Below, piece by piece: positions 10,241-19,864 of a stretch of 64,000 bases of DNA (its first letter is position 1; each line of letters begins with the position of its first letter). The DNA comes from an uncultured Planctomycetota bacterium (lineage in GTDB: Bacteria; Planctomycetota; Planctomycetia; Gemmatales; Gemmataceae), in the NCBI GenBank assembly GCA_963849325.1, contig CAWKHF010000007.1:352001-416000 (forward strand). Direction: 5' to 3'. Both the position numbers and the translations under genes were made by a program. The notes beneath the pieces are model-generated. The model was not told the DNA's origin, did not search any database, and was given only the letters and a program-made list of their open reading frames with translations.

Positions 10241-11191
10241 ATGTCCGTGCGTAATTCCCTTCGGTTGTTCATCCTCCCGCTTCTCCTCGGCATGGCGCCG
10301 GCCTCGCTGACGGCCGCCGACGAGACGACGAAGCCGATCCCCGGCGTGGGGCCGACCGGGGCGGTCGTCAAGCTGCATACCGGGTTCAAATTCACCGAAG
10401 GCCCCGCCGCCGACCGCGAGGGCAACGTCTACTTCAGCGACATCCCCAATCAGCGCATCCACAAGGTCGATGCCGCGGGCAAGCTGTCGGTCTTCCGCGA
10501 GGAGTCCAAGCACGCCAACGGCCTGATGCTTAATTCCAAGGGTGAAATCGTCGCCTGCGAGATGGACGGCCAGATCGTCGCCTACGGCGCCGACGGCAAG
10601 TCGCGCCGCGTCCTGGCCGACAAGTACGACGGCAAGCGCTTCAACGCGCCCAACGATTTGGTGATCGATAAGCACGATGGTGTCTACTTCACGGACCCGG
10701 CCTTCGGAGCGCCGATGCCGCTGCCACAAGGAAAGACCGCCGTTTACTACGTCGCGGCGGACGGCAAGGTGACACGCCTGATCGACAACCTGAACAATCC
10801 CAACGGTGTCATTCTTTCGCCGGACGAAAAGACGCTGTACGTCATCCCCACGGGGCAGGCCGAGATGATGGCATACGCCATCGAAGCACCGGGCAAGATC
10901 GGCAAGGGCAAGGTCTTCTGCACGCTCAAGCAGAGCCGAGCGAACGGCAAGTCCGGCGGGGATGGTCTGACGGTGGATACCAAGGGCAATCTCTACATTA
11001 CCTCGGGATTGGGCCTGCAAGTGTTCAATCCGTCCGGCGATCTGCTGGGCATCATCGCCCTACCGGAGCAACCGGCCAACGTCACCTTCGGCGGCAAGGA
11101 TCTCAAGACGCTGTACGTGACGGCAAGGACGTCGCTGTACACCGTGCCGATGGAAGCGACCGGACACCTCTTCGCCTCACCGGGCAAGTGA
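10241..11191 (+). CDS. Exported SMP-30/gluconolactonase family protein
   Basis: Signal peptide; motifs FTEGP, FNAPNDL, YFTDP, PNGVILSPD and DGLTVD. Confidence 0.92.
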   Translation: MSVRNSLRLFILPLLLGMAPASLTAADETTKPIPGVGPTGAVVKLHTGFKFTEGPAADREGNVYFSDIPNQRIHKVDAAGKLSVFREESKHANGLMLNSKGEIVACEMDGQIVAYGADGKSRRVLADKYDGKRFNAPNDLVIDKHDGVYFTDPAFGAPMPLPQGKTAVYYVAADGKVTRLIDNLNNPNGVILSPDEKTLYVIPTGQAEMMAYAIEAPGKIGKGKVFCTLKQSRANGKSGGDGLTVDTKGNLYITSGLGLQVFNPSGDLLGIIALPEQPANVTFGGKDLKTLYVTARTSLYTVPMEATGHLFASPGK

Positions 11192-11208
11192 CGAAGGGAG
11201 AAGTTGTC

Positions 11209-12838
11209 ATGCGAAAGATGTTGCTGCCGGCGCTGGTCGGCCTGCTTCTGCTCCCGGCCAGCCTGGCGCGGGCCGACAATCCCCGAACCGTCATCGAGAA
11301 GGCCATCAAGGCCCACGGCGGCGCGGAGAAACTGTCCAGGCTCAAGGCCGTCCGGTCGAAGGCCAAGGGCACGATCGACGCGAAGGCCAAGGGTACGATC
11401 GACCTGGGCGCCGACACGCCTTTCACGCTGGAGACGGTTTGGAGTTGGCCCGACAAACTGAAAAACACCATAACGTTGGAAGCGGGCAAGCGAAAGTACA
11501 CGCGCGTGGAGACGGTGGCCGGCGACGACAGCTGGGTCCGCGAGGACGGCAAGACGGTGCCCATGTCGGCGGCGAAGCGCGACGAGCTGCGCGCCCAGGC
11601 TCACCTGCACAGTTTGCTGCGGTTGACGCCCTTGTTGCGCGATCCCCGTTATAAACTGTCGGCGTTGGCGGAGACGCAGATCGACGGCGGGCTGGCGGCC
11701 GGCGTTCGCGTCGCCTGTCCCGGCGAACGCGACGTCAGCCTCTACTTCGACGTCGAAACGGGACGGCTGGTCAAGCTCGCCCTCCGCCGCTACGACGATC
11801 TAACAAGAAAAGAGGTCTTGCAAGAAGAATATTTCCGCGCGTACGAGGACCGGGATGGTCTGCCGACGGCGACAAAGCAGATCTGGCACCGCGACGGCAA
11901 AAAAGAAGTGGAGATGACCTTTTCCGAGGTCCGTTATCCCCAACGCATCGACGCCGACGAGTTCGCCGATCCCCGGTCGTTCACGCGCCGCCGCGACGTG
12001 ATTTACGGCTACAAAAACGGCGTCGCCCTGACGATGGACGTGTTTGCGCCGCACAAGGACGCCAACGGCGTGGCCATCATCGCCATCGTCAGCGGCGGCT
12101 GGCACTCGGACCCATTGTCGATCGACTCGCACTGGGCGGAGACGATGACCGGCGAGCTGCTGAAGCGCGGCTACACCGTGTTCGCCGTCTGCCACGGTAG
12201 CCAGCCGCTTTTCACCATCCCCGACGCCATCGCCGACGTCAATCGGGCTGCGCGTTTCATCCGTCGTCATGCCCACGACTATGCCATCGACCCCTATCGT
12301 CTCGGCGTCACCGGCGGCTCGGCCGGCGGCCATCTGTCGCTGATGCTCGGCGTCGCCGGCGACAAGGGGGATGCACGCTCGCTGGACCCCGTCGGCGCAC
12401 ACCTCCAGCCGAGTGCAAGCGGTGGCTTGTTTCTATCCGCCGACGGACTTTCTCAATTACGGCGGCGCCGCCCGGAACGCCTTCGACGACAAGGGCGTGC
12501 TCGCCGGCTTCCGCACGGCCATAGACGTCCGCGAGTTCGATCCGCGCAGCAAGCGCCTCGAACATCTCACCGACAAGGACAAGATCGAGGCGCTGTACCG
12601 GCGCGTGTCGCCGATCACGCACGTCAGCGGCGACGATCCGCCGACGCTGATCGTCCACGGCGACGCCGACAAGCTGGTGCCCATCGGGCAGGCCGAGGCG
12701 ATGGTGGCGAAGCTGAAGAAAGAAGGCGTGCCCGCGGAGTTGATCGTCAAGAAGGGGGCCGGTCACGGTTGGCCCGGCATGGGGCGCGACATGATCGCGG
12801 TGGCCGACTGGTTCGATAAGTATCTGCGGAAGAAGTAG
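11209..12838 (+). CDS. Exported two-domain protein: N-terminal beta-rich uncharacterised domain plus alpha/beta hydrolase (esterase/lipase); frameshift near 12395
   Basis: ORF 11188..12819 has a signal peptide, SGGW and the GGSAGG nucleophile motif. It continues in ORF 12371..12838 with HGDADKLVP and GAGHGW. Confidence 0.8.
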
Positions 12839-12863
12839 ACAGGACGACGGCACGGGAGCGTCC

Positions 12864-13352
12864 ATGATTCTCGTTCTGATGGGCGTATCGGGTTCGGGCA
12901 AGACGACCATTGGCCGAGTGCTGGCCGGCAAGCTGGGCTGGACCTTCGTCGACGCCGACGACTATCATCCCGCAGCCAACGTCGAGAAGATGCATCGCGG
13001 GATACCCCTCAACGACGACGACCGCCGGCCCTGGCTCGACGCCCTGCGGCGGCGCATCGACGAGGCCCGCGACCGGGGCGAGAACATCGTCCTGGCCTGC
13101 TCGGCGCTGAAGCACGCCTACCAGGACTATCTCCAGCAGGAATCTCCCGAGAACGTGAAATACGTGTATCTGAGCGGCTCGGAGGAGTTGATTCGCCGCA
13201 GACTGGCCGCTCGCAAGGGCCACTTCATGGACCCCGGCCTGCTGCACAGTCAGTTCGAGACGCTGGAACCGCCCGACCACGCCGTGCAAATCGATGTCAC
13301 TCCGACTCCCGAAGTCATCGCCGACGACATCCGGAGCAAGCTCGGCGTGTGA
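12864..13352 (+). CDS. gntK: Gluconokinase (GntK/IdnK type)
   Basis: Motifs [35 protein letters not shown] and SQFETLE. Confidence 0.93.
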   Translation: MILVLMGVSGSGKTTIGRVLAGKLGWTFVDADDYHPAANVEKMHRGIPLNDDDRRPWLDALRRRIDEARDRGENIVLACSALKHAYQDYLQQESPENVKYVYLSGSEELIRRRLAARKGHFMDPGLLHSQFETLEPPDHAVQIDVTPTPEVIADDIRSKLGV

Positions 13353-13358
13353 TCCAAT

Positions 13359-13457
13359 AGCCCCTTTCCCCCGCTTCGGGGGAGAGGGGTTGGGGTGAGG
13401 GGGTGGACATCTCCCCCTCACCCCAACCCCTCTCCCCCGAATCGGGGGAGAGGGGCT
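13359..13457. repeat. 99-bp REP-like compound palindrome (CCCCTCTCCCCCG family) between convergent genes
   Basis: About 45-bp nearly perfect arms, each internally palindromic; nearly identical to the intragenic copy at 41080-41178. Confidence 0.9.
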
Positions 13458-13471
13458 TTAGCAGCAGACCC

Positions 13472-14887
13472 TCAGCCGCGCTCGGCCTCGCGGCGCATCA
13501 ACCGCCACAGCTCCTCGACGTGCTCGCGCTCCGTCGTCTCGGAACCAACCGAGACGCGCACCATCCAGCGGCCGGCCAGCGTCGCGGGAGTGAGGTAGGC
13601 GGCGCCGGAGTTGTTGAGACGTTCGACCCAGGCCCGCGTGTGTCGGTCGAGGGCGTCGCCCTCCTGTCCGGGCGGCTCGTGCCGCACGCAGACGGTTTGC
13701 AGCGGCACGGGTGCCAGTACGCGCCAGTGCGGGGCGACGCGCATCTGCTCGGCCAGCCACTGCGCGTTGGCGATGTCGCGGCGGAGACGAGCTTGCAGGG
13801 CCGCAATCCCCTCGACGCGAAGCAGACACCACAACTTCAAGGCGCGGAAGCGACGTCCCAGCGGGATACCCCAGTCGCGCAGGTTGTGGACCCGGCCGTC
13901 CGCCTCGGATTGCAGGTAACTCGGCTGCGTGGACATCACCCGCACGAGATGGCCCGGATCGCGGACATAGTACAGCGAGCAGTCGAAGGGCACTCCCAGC
14001 CACTTGTGAGCGTTGAGCACCAACGAGTCCGCCGCCTCGACACCCTGCCACATCCAGCGACACTCCGGCAGGATCATGGCCGAGCCGGCCATCGCCGCGT
14101 CCACGTGCAACCAGAGTCCGTATCGACGGGCGATCTCGGCGACGGCGCCCACCGGGTCAAGGGCGGTGGTGGCTGTCGTGCCGGTGGTGGCGACGACGGC
14201 GCACGGCCTTGTCCCCGCGTCGAGGTCGCGCCGGATGGACGCCTCCAGGGCGTCCGGGCGCAGCGCGTACGCCTCGTCGTGAGCGATGGTACGCACGTTC
14301 GTTCGGCCGAAGCCGGCCAGCAGCGCCGCCTTCTCGACCGAGCTGTGACTGTGGCCCGAAACGTAAACAATCAGGGGACGCTCCTCGGCTTGTAGGCCGC
14401 CGCGTCCCAGGCTGAAGTCGCTGGTCCGCTCGCGGGCGCACAGCAGGGCGACCAGCGTACTCGTGGAGGCGGTGTCCTGGATCACGCCGCTCCAGGCGTC
14501 CGACAGACCCACCAGCTGCCGCAACCAGTCGGCGACGACCTCTTCCAGCTCCGTCAGCGCCGGGCTGGCCTGCCAGGAAAGCCCGAGCACACCCAGGCCG
14601 GTGCTGAGGAAATCGCCCAGCACCCCGGCAAGGCCGGCGTTGGCGGGAAAGTAGCCGAAGAAGTGCGGGTGCTGCCAGTGGGTCAGTCCGGGCAGAAGAA
14701 TGTGCTCCACATCGCGGAAAAGGGCGTCGAAGCCTTCGGGCTGCTCGGGCGGCGCGGCGGGCAACCGATCCTTGATCGCGCCCGGCTCGGTCCTCGCCAT
14801 CACCGGCAGATGGGCGACGTGTGCCCGATAATCGGCGATCCAATCGATGAGCTGATGTCCAACCAGGCGAAATTCATCGGGGGTCAT
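13472..14887 (-). CDS. Group II PLP-dependent decarboxylase (aromatic L-amino acid/DOPA decarboxylase-like)
   Basis: Motifs PGLTHWQHPHFFGYFP, SPALTELE, HSSVEKA, HVDAA, NAHKW (PLP lysine) and GRRFRALKLW. Confidence 0.93.
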   Translation of the reverse strand: MTPDEFRLVGHQLIDWIADYRAHVAHLPVMARTEPGAIKDRLPAAPPEQPEGFDALFRDVEHILLPGLTHWQHPHFFGYFPANAGLAGVLGDFLSTGLGVLGLSWQASPALTELEEVVADWLRQLVGLSDAWSGVIQDTASTSTLVALLCARERTSDFSLGRGGLQAEERPLIVYVSGHSHSSVEKAALLAGFGRTNVRTIAHDEAYALRPDALEASIRRDLDAGTRPCAVVATTGTTATTALDPVGAVAEIARRYGLWLHVDAAMAGSAMILPECRWMWQGVEAADSLVLNAHKWLGVPFDCSLYYVRDPGHLVRVMSTQPSYLQSEADGRVHNLRDWGIPLGRRFRALKLWCLLRVEGIAALQARLRRDIANAQWLAEQMRVAPHWRVLAPVPLQTVCVRHEPPGQEGDALDRHTRAWVERLNNSGAAYLTPATLAGRWMVRVSVGSETTEREHVEELWRLMRREAERG

Positions 14888-14956
14888 ACCGTCCTCGGCA
14901 ACGGGAGATCGAACCGCGAAGTCAATTTACTTGCCTGGCCGGCACCAGCCCAGGGA

Positions 14957-14972
14957 TGGCATTTCTTTTGCA
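14957..14972 (+). promoter_or_regulatory. Putative sigma-54 (-24/-12) promoter
   Basis: TGGCAT-TTCTT-TTGCA with exact GG-N10-GC spacing, about 50 bp upstream of ATG 15020. Confidence 0.65.
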
Positions 14973-15019
14973 CATTTGCACAGCAAGACATTCTCAACCA
15001 GCCGTGCGCGGAGGAGACG

Positions 15020-15724
15020 ATGGCCGACCAGCACTCCCGCCGGGTCGTGGCGGACGAAATCGACAGTGGAGAGCAAGTCGTCCAGGTGACGGCGGGGCGC
15101 GTCACCCTGGAGGGCAACTTAGGCGTTCCCAAGAAGGCGCGCGGTGTCGTGCTGTTCGCTCACGGCAGCGGCAGCAGCCGGCACAGCTCGCGCAATCGCT
15201 TCGTGGCCCAAGTGCTCCGTCAGGCCGGCCTCGCAACATTGTTGATCGACTTGCTCACAGCCGACGAGGAAGCCGTCGATGTCCGGACGGCGCACCTCCG
15301 CTTCGACATCGCCATGCTCGCCGAGCGGTTGGTGGGCGCCACCGATTGGCTGACCCGCAACCCGGAGACAGCGAGTGCTCCCGTCGGCTACTTCGGCGCC
15401 AGCACCGGCGGCGGCGCGGCGCTGGTGGCGGCGGCGCAACGGCCGGACGTCGTCGCCGCCGTCGTCTCACGTGGCGGCCGTCCGGACCTGGCCGGCGCCG
15501 CCCTGCCGCGCGTACAGGCTCCCACTCTGCTCCTCGTCGGCGGCGAGGATACTCCGGTGATCGGGCTGAATCGCCAGGCACTGGATCAGCTCGGCTCGGC
15601 CGAGAAGCAGCTGGTTATCGTCCCGGGTGCCACGCACCTCTTCGAGGAGCCGGGCGCGCTGGAAGAGGTCGCCCGCCTGGCGGCGGCCTGGTTCATCCGC
15701 CACCTGAACCGAAAGAAGGGATGA
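15020..15724 (+). CDS. Dienelactone hydrolase-like alpha/beta hydrolase
   Basis: Motifs FAHGSGSSRHSSRN, GYFGASTG, VSRGGRPD and GATHLFEE; RBS GGAGGAG. Confidence 0.88.
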   Translation: MADQHSRRVVADEIDSGEQVVQVTAGRVTLEGNLGVPKKARGVVLFAHGSGSSRHSSRNRFVAQVLRQAGLATLLIDLLTADEEAVDVRTAHLRFDIAMLAERLVGATDWLTRNPETASAPVGYFGASTGGGAALVAAAQRPDVVAAVVSRGGRPDLAGAALPRVQAPTLLLVGGEDTPVIGLNRQALDQLGSAEKQLVIVPGATHLFEEPGALEEVARLAAAWFIRHLNRKKG

Positions 15725-15778
15725 TTTGGTGATGGAATGCCAATCATTCATCATCCATCCGAGTGAAGGGGAATAGCC

Positions 15779-16447
15779 ATGATGCTCTTCCGCGATCGAA
15801 CCGAAGCCGGCCGTATCCTGGCCTCCAAGCTGACGGCCTACGCCGACCGTCCCGACGTACTGGTCCTGGCGTTGCCGCGCGGCGGAGTGCCGGTCGCTTT
15901 CGAGGTGGCCCGAGCGCTGCACGCACCGCTGGACGTCTTCCTGGTCCGCAAGCTGGGCGTGCCCGGCCGCGAGGAACTGGCGATGGGCGCCATCGCCTCC
16001 GGCGGTGTGTGCGTCCACAACGAGGACGTGGTGAACGCCCTCGGCATCACGGAGGACACCCTCGCTGCCGTCGCCGCCGACGAGCAGCAGGAGCTTTACC
16101 GACGCGAGCACGCTTACCGTGGCGACCGACCGACCCCCGATGTGCGCGGCCGCATCGTCCTTCTGGTGGATGACGGTTTGGCCACCGGCTCGACCATGCG
16201 CGCCGCCGTGGCCGCCTTGCGCCGACAGGGACCGGCCCGCATCGTCGTCGCCGTCCCGGTCGGCTCTCCCGACACCTGCGACGAATTCCAGCACGTGGCC
16301 GATGAGGCCGTCTGCGCCCGCATGCCCGAACCGTTCCACGCGGTCGGTCTGTGGTACGACGACTTCACGCAAACGACCGATGAGGAAGTCCACGACCTTC
16401 TGCGACGGGCCGCCGACAACCGCACCCCCGTCCATCAGGAAGCGTGA
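15779..16447 (+). CDS. Type I phosphoribosyltransferase-domain protein
   Basis: Motifs FRDRx[17 protein letters not shown] and the PRPP loop [10 protein letters not shown]. Confidence 0.92.
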   Translation: MMLFRDRTEAGRILASKLTAYADRPDVLVLALPRGGVPVAFEVARALHAPLDVFLVRKLGVPGREELAMGAIASGGVCVHNEDVVNALGITEDTLAAVAADEQQELYRREHAYRGDRPTPDVRGRIVLLVDDGLATGSTMRAAVAALRRQGPARIVVAVPVGSPDTCDEFQHVADEAVCARMPEPFHAVGLWYDDFTQTTDEEVHDLLRRAADNRTPVHQEA

Positions 16448-16544
16448 GGGCGCATGCGGCTTGGCTGCGCCGATGCGGCCGTCGTGAGCTAAACTTCTTG
16501 CGGCAGCGTGGCCGTTCCCGTCCGACTCTCGGGAGACTCCCGCG

Positions 16545-17729
16545 ATGGCTTCGAGGATCTCGCAGCAACTCCTTGCGAACATTGGTCCCTACGAGGTCGT
16601 GGAACTGTTGGGCGCCGGCGGCATGAGCCGCATTTACAAGGCCCGCCATCCCAGCAGCGGCGAAATCGTGGCCATCAAGGTGCCCCAGGAGAGACTGATC
16701 GAGAACGCCGTCTTCCTCAAGCGTTTCGAGCAGGAGTTCAGCATCGCCCGCCTGCTGGAACACCCGCATTTCGTCCGCGTCTTGCAGTTCGGCTACGACG
16801 AGAGTAAGCCCTACATCGTCATGGAGTTCGTCGAGGGGCGGAGCCTGGGCGCGCGCATCCAGCAGGACGGCGCGGTGCCGGAGGCGGAGTCCGTGCGCAT
16901 CATTACCCAGGTAGCCTCGGCGCTGCACGCGGCCCACCAGCGCAAGATCATCCACCGCGACGTCAAGCCGGACAATGTTTTACTCGCCACGAGCGGACAG
17001 GCCAAGCTGACCGACCTGGGGTTGGCCAAGGACGTGGAGGCGGACCACAACCTGACGCGGCCGCTGCGCGGCATGGGCACACCGAACTACATCGCTCCCG
17101 AACAGTTCAACGACGCCAAGCACGCCGACGCCCGCTGCGACGTCTACGCCCTGGCGGCCACGCTGTACACGGCCGTGACGGGACAGCCGCCGTTCCAGGC
17201 TCGCGGCAACCTGAGCATCCTCAAGAAGAAGCTCCGTAACGACCTCATCCCGCCGCGCTGCTTGGCTCCGGACCTGAGCGAGCCGGTCGAGCGGACCATT
17301 TGCCAGGCGCTGTCCGCTGACCCGAACGCTCGGCCGGCGACGTGCCGGCAGTTCATCCACGAACTGCGCGGCCGATCCCTGCCGCCCGTTCGTCCCGCGA
17401 CGCCCGTCGCTCGGCGTCCGGTCGCCGACCGCCGCGTCTCCGTGCGCTACCTGTCGCAGGTGAAGGGAGCCTGCCGCCCGCTGACCGCGGAGAAGAAATG
17501 GCGCTGGACGGCAACGATTCGAGACATTTCGACCGGCGGCATCGCCCTGCTTGTCAACCGGCGCTTCGAGCCGGGCACCGTGCTGCGTCTGAAGCTGCCC
17601 GGCTCCTCTTCGCGGCGGCTGTTCCTGGCGCGCGTGATCCACGTCCAGCCGCATTCGTCGCGGACCTGGCTTGTCGGCTGCGTTTTCCCCCGCCCTCTGA
17701 GCGAAGAGGAGATGGAAAGCTTGCTGTAA
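16545..17729 (+). CDS. Hanks-type Ser/Thr protein kinase with C-terminal PilZ domain
   Basis: Kinase motifs GAGGM, VAIK, HRDVKPDN, DLG and GTPNYIAPE. The C-terminus has the PilZ motifs RRVSVR and DISTGG. Confidence 0.88.
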   Translation: MASRISQQLLANIGPYEVVELLGAGGMSRIYKARHPSSGEIVAIKVPQERLIENAVFLKRFEQEFSIARLLEHPHFVRVLQFGYDESKPYIVMEFVEGRSLGARIQQDGAVPEAESVRIITQVASALHAAHQRKIIHRDVKPDNVLLATSGQAKLTDLGLAKDVEADHNLTRPLRGMGTPNYIAPEQFNDAKHADARCDVYALAATLYTAVTGQPPFQARGNLSILKKKLRNDLIPPRCLAPDLSEPVERTICQALSADPNARPATCRQFIHELRGRSLPPVRPATPVARRPVADRRVSVRYLSQVKGACRPLTAEKKWRWTATIRDISTGGIALLVNRRFEPGTVLRLKLPGSSSRRLFLARVIHVQPHSSRTWLVGCVFPRPLSEEEMESLL

Positions 17730-18422
17730 TGGCTCGGGTGGCCACGTGGGTCCACGGCCCGACGCCCCAACGATCCGAAACAATGGGCGCACCGGATCGG
17801 AACACGCGCTTCCCTGAGACCTCGGCCAAGTGGCAAGGTCGGAGGGTTGCCGCCGCGCAAAGGGAATGTCTGCAAGCCTTTGGGAGTGTGCGTTCACGGG
17901 CTGAGGGTGACGGTCGTTCAGCTGAAGTAGAGGTGCGCCAGCATCAGAGTTGATCTGGCCACCAGAGACTCAGAAGCAACCCTGAATGCTCTTCGGCGTT
18001 TCGGACCCAAGCGTGCAAAATCACTTCCAACCCAAAGTGACTGATGCAACATTTCCAGCGACAAATACCGTTTGCGGACTCCGCAAATTGATCGTAATCA
18101 AGATCTTCAAGGGGAAGGACAAGAATGACGAGGCCAATCGCATTCTCCGAGAACTGATCTGCCACCGCGTCCTGAACGCTAACGGCAGAACGGCGAACTC
18201 GACAATCGCATTTTTCTTCAGTCCACCTTTCTTTGCAGCCGATCTCTTAACAGAGCATGTCGCCTCCTGGAGAGGGAGGCGCGCCCCTGTTGGTTGCAAC
18301 CTCTAGTAAGCCATTGGATTACGGTTGCGGTTCAAAGAGGGCCGCCCAGCCGGTCGTGATCTCACCGGCCACGCGGGAGCAGAGGGAACCAGTCCCGAGG
18401 TTGCCCAAAGCGAGGAGCTTCC

Positions 18423-19819
18423 CTGTTCGAGCACAACACCCACTTTCTGCTCGCGATCCTCGCCGCCACTTTTCTTGGGGCGAACGCCTTGGCCCAGTCA
18501 CCAGACGATGAGGCAGACGATCCGCCGCCTCGGACAATAGACCCGTTGGTACAACCGGTGCCCGCTGCCGCGGCGGGAAACCAACCGCCCGCCCTGACGG
18601 AAACGCCCACCCCGAAGGAGAACCTGCTCCCGTTCGGTGGGCCATTTTTCGGGCGAAATAAGCTGACCGGCGATTGGAATGTCCGCCGGAATCTCCTGTT
18701 GGAGGGTGGCGTCACCCTCGACGTCAGCGCGACTCAGTATTTCCAAGGCGTCGCTAGCGGCGGGCTAGAACAAGCATTCCCATTCGGCGGCCGCGACGAC
18801 TATCTCCTCAGCCTGGACGGGGAGAGACTCGGTCTGTGGAAGGGTTTCTTCATCTACCTCAAAGGGGAATCCAGGTATGGCGAGTCGGCCAATTTCCTCA
18901 CCGGGGCCTTGTCGCCGGTGAACGAGCTTCTCCTGGTTCCCGCCGAAAAGGGATACGTCCCCGCGCTCACCGGAGTGAAGTTCGTCCAGTTCCTGTCCGA
19001 GAACATGGAAATCTTTGCCGGGAAGATCAACCTTCTCTTCGATGTCCGGCAACCACTTACCGGGGCCACCGTACTCGATGGGTTCCTGAACACGTCGCTT
19101 ATCTTCAACACGATCCTCGCCCGCACCCTCCCGTACTCGACGTTCGGGGCCGGGTTCGTTTATTTAAAGGACAAGAACCCCATTTTCATCCTCTCGGTGT
19201 ACGACACGAACAGCACGCCCACGACCAGCGGGTTCCAGAGTTTTTTCAACAATGGGGTCTTGATTTACCCGATACTCAACCTTCCGACGCGCTTCTTGGG
19301 ACTGCCCGGCCACCAGGGACTGCAAGGGACGTATAGCAGCGGCAAGTACACCAATCTCTCGCCGTCACCGTACCTCGACCCGCTCAATGGGCTGATCTTC
19401 GCATCCCCACCGAAGGCCGGAACGTGGGCTTTGTCGTACAACTTCGATCAGGCGTTGTACGTATCTCCCGACGACCCGAAGCGGCTGTGGGGGGTGTTCG
19501 GGAGCCTCGGAATCGCGGACGACAACCCGAACCCGATCCAATGGTACGCCAGCGCAGGGATCAGCGGGGCCAGCCCAATTCCAGTTCGCAAACGGGATAC
19601 GTTCGGGATCGGGTACTTTCATTTGGGGATCAGCGGCCCCTTGAAGCAGAGCGCCCAACCCTTCTCGCCTTTGGGGAACGAAGACGGCGTCGAGTTGTAC
19701 TACAACGCTCGAATCGCGCCGTGGTTCCAGATGACGCCGGATCTGCAAGTCATCAACCCATTCGAGCAGCAGGCCAGGACCGCGCTCGTCTTGGGGCTCG
19801 CGGAAAACTCGACTTCTGA
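18423..19819 (+). CDS. OprB-type carbohydrate-selective porin; start uncertain, probable indel near 19798
   Basis: Signal-like FLLAILAATFLGANALAQ lies in frame upstream of ORF 18489. Motifs include KLTGDW, RDTFGIG, VELYYN and TPDLQVI. Shifting frame gives a C-terminal ...GKLDF typical of outer-membrane barrels. Confidence 0.8.
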
Positions 19820-19864
19820 CCAGGAACCGCTCCAGGCACAAACGGGGATCAGGATGCTCCGGAT

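Noticed and set aside
16461-16476. Third sigma-54 promoter upstream of the kinase
   Set aside because: TGGCTG-N5-ATGC has the spacing but deviates at several conserved positions, and such matches arise by chance in GC-rich DNA.
17944-18306. Short ORFs in the AT-richer stretch before the porin
   Set aside because: No recognisable motifs, atypical codon usage and overlapping ORFs on both strands; treated as non-coding. The hairpin near 18261-18281 matches no RNA family I recognise.
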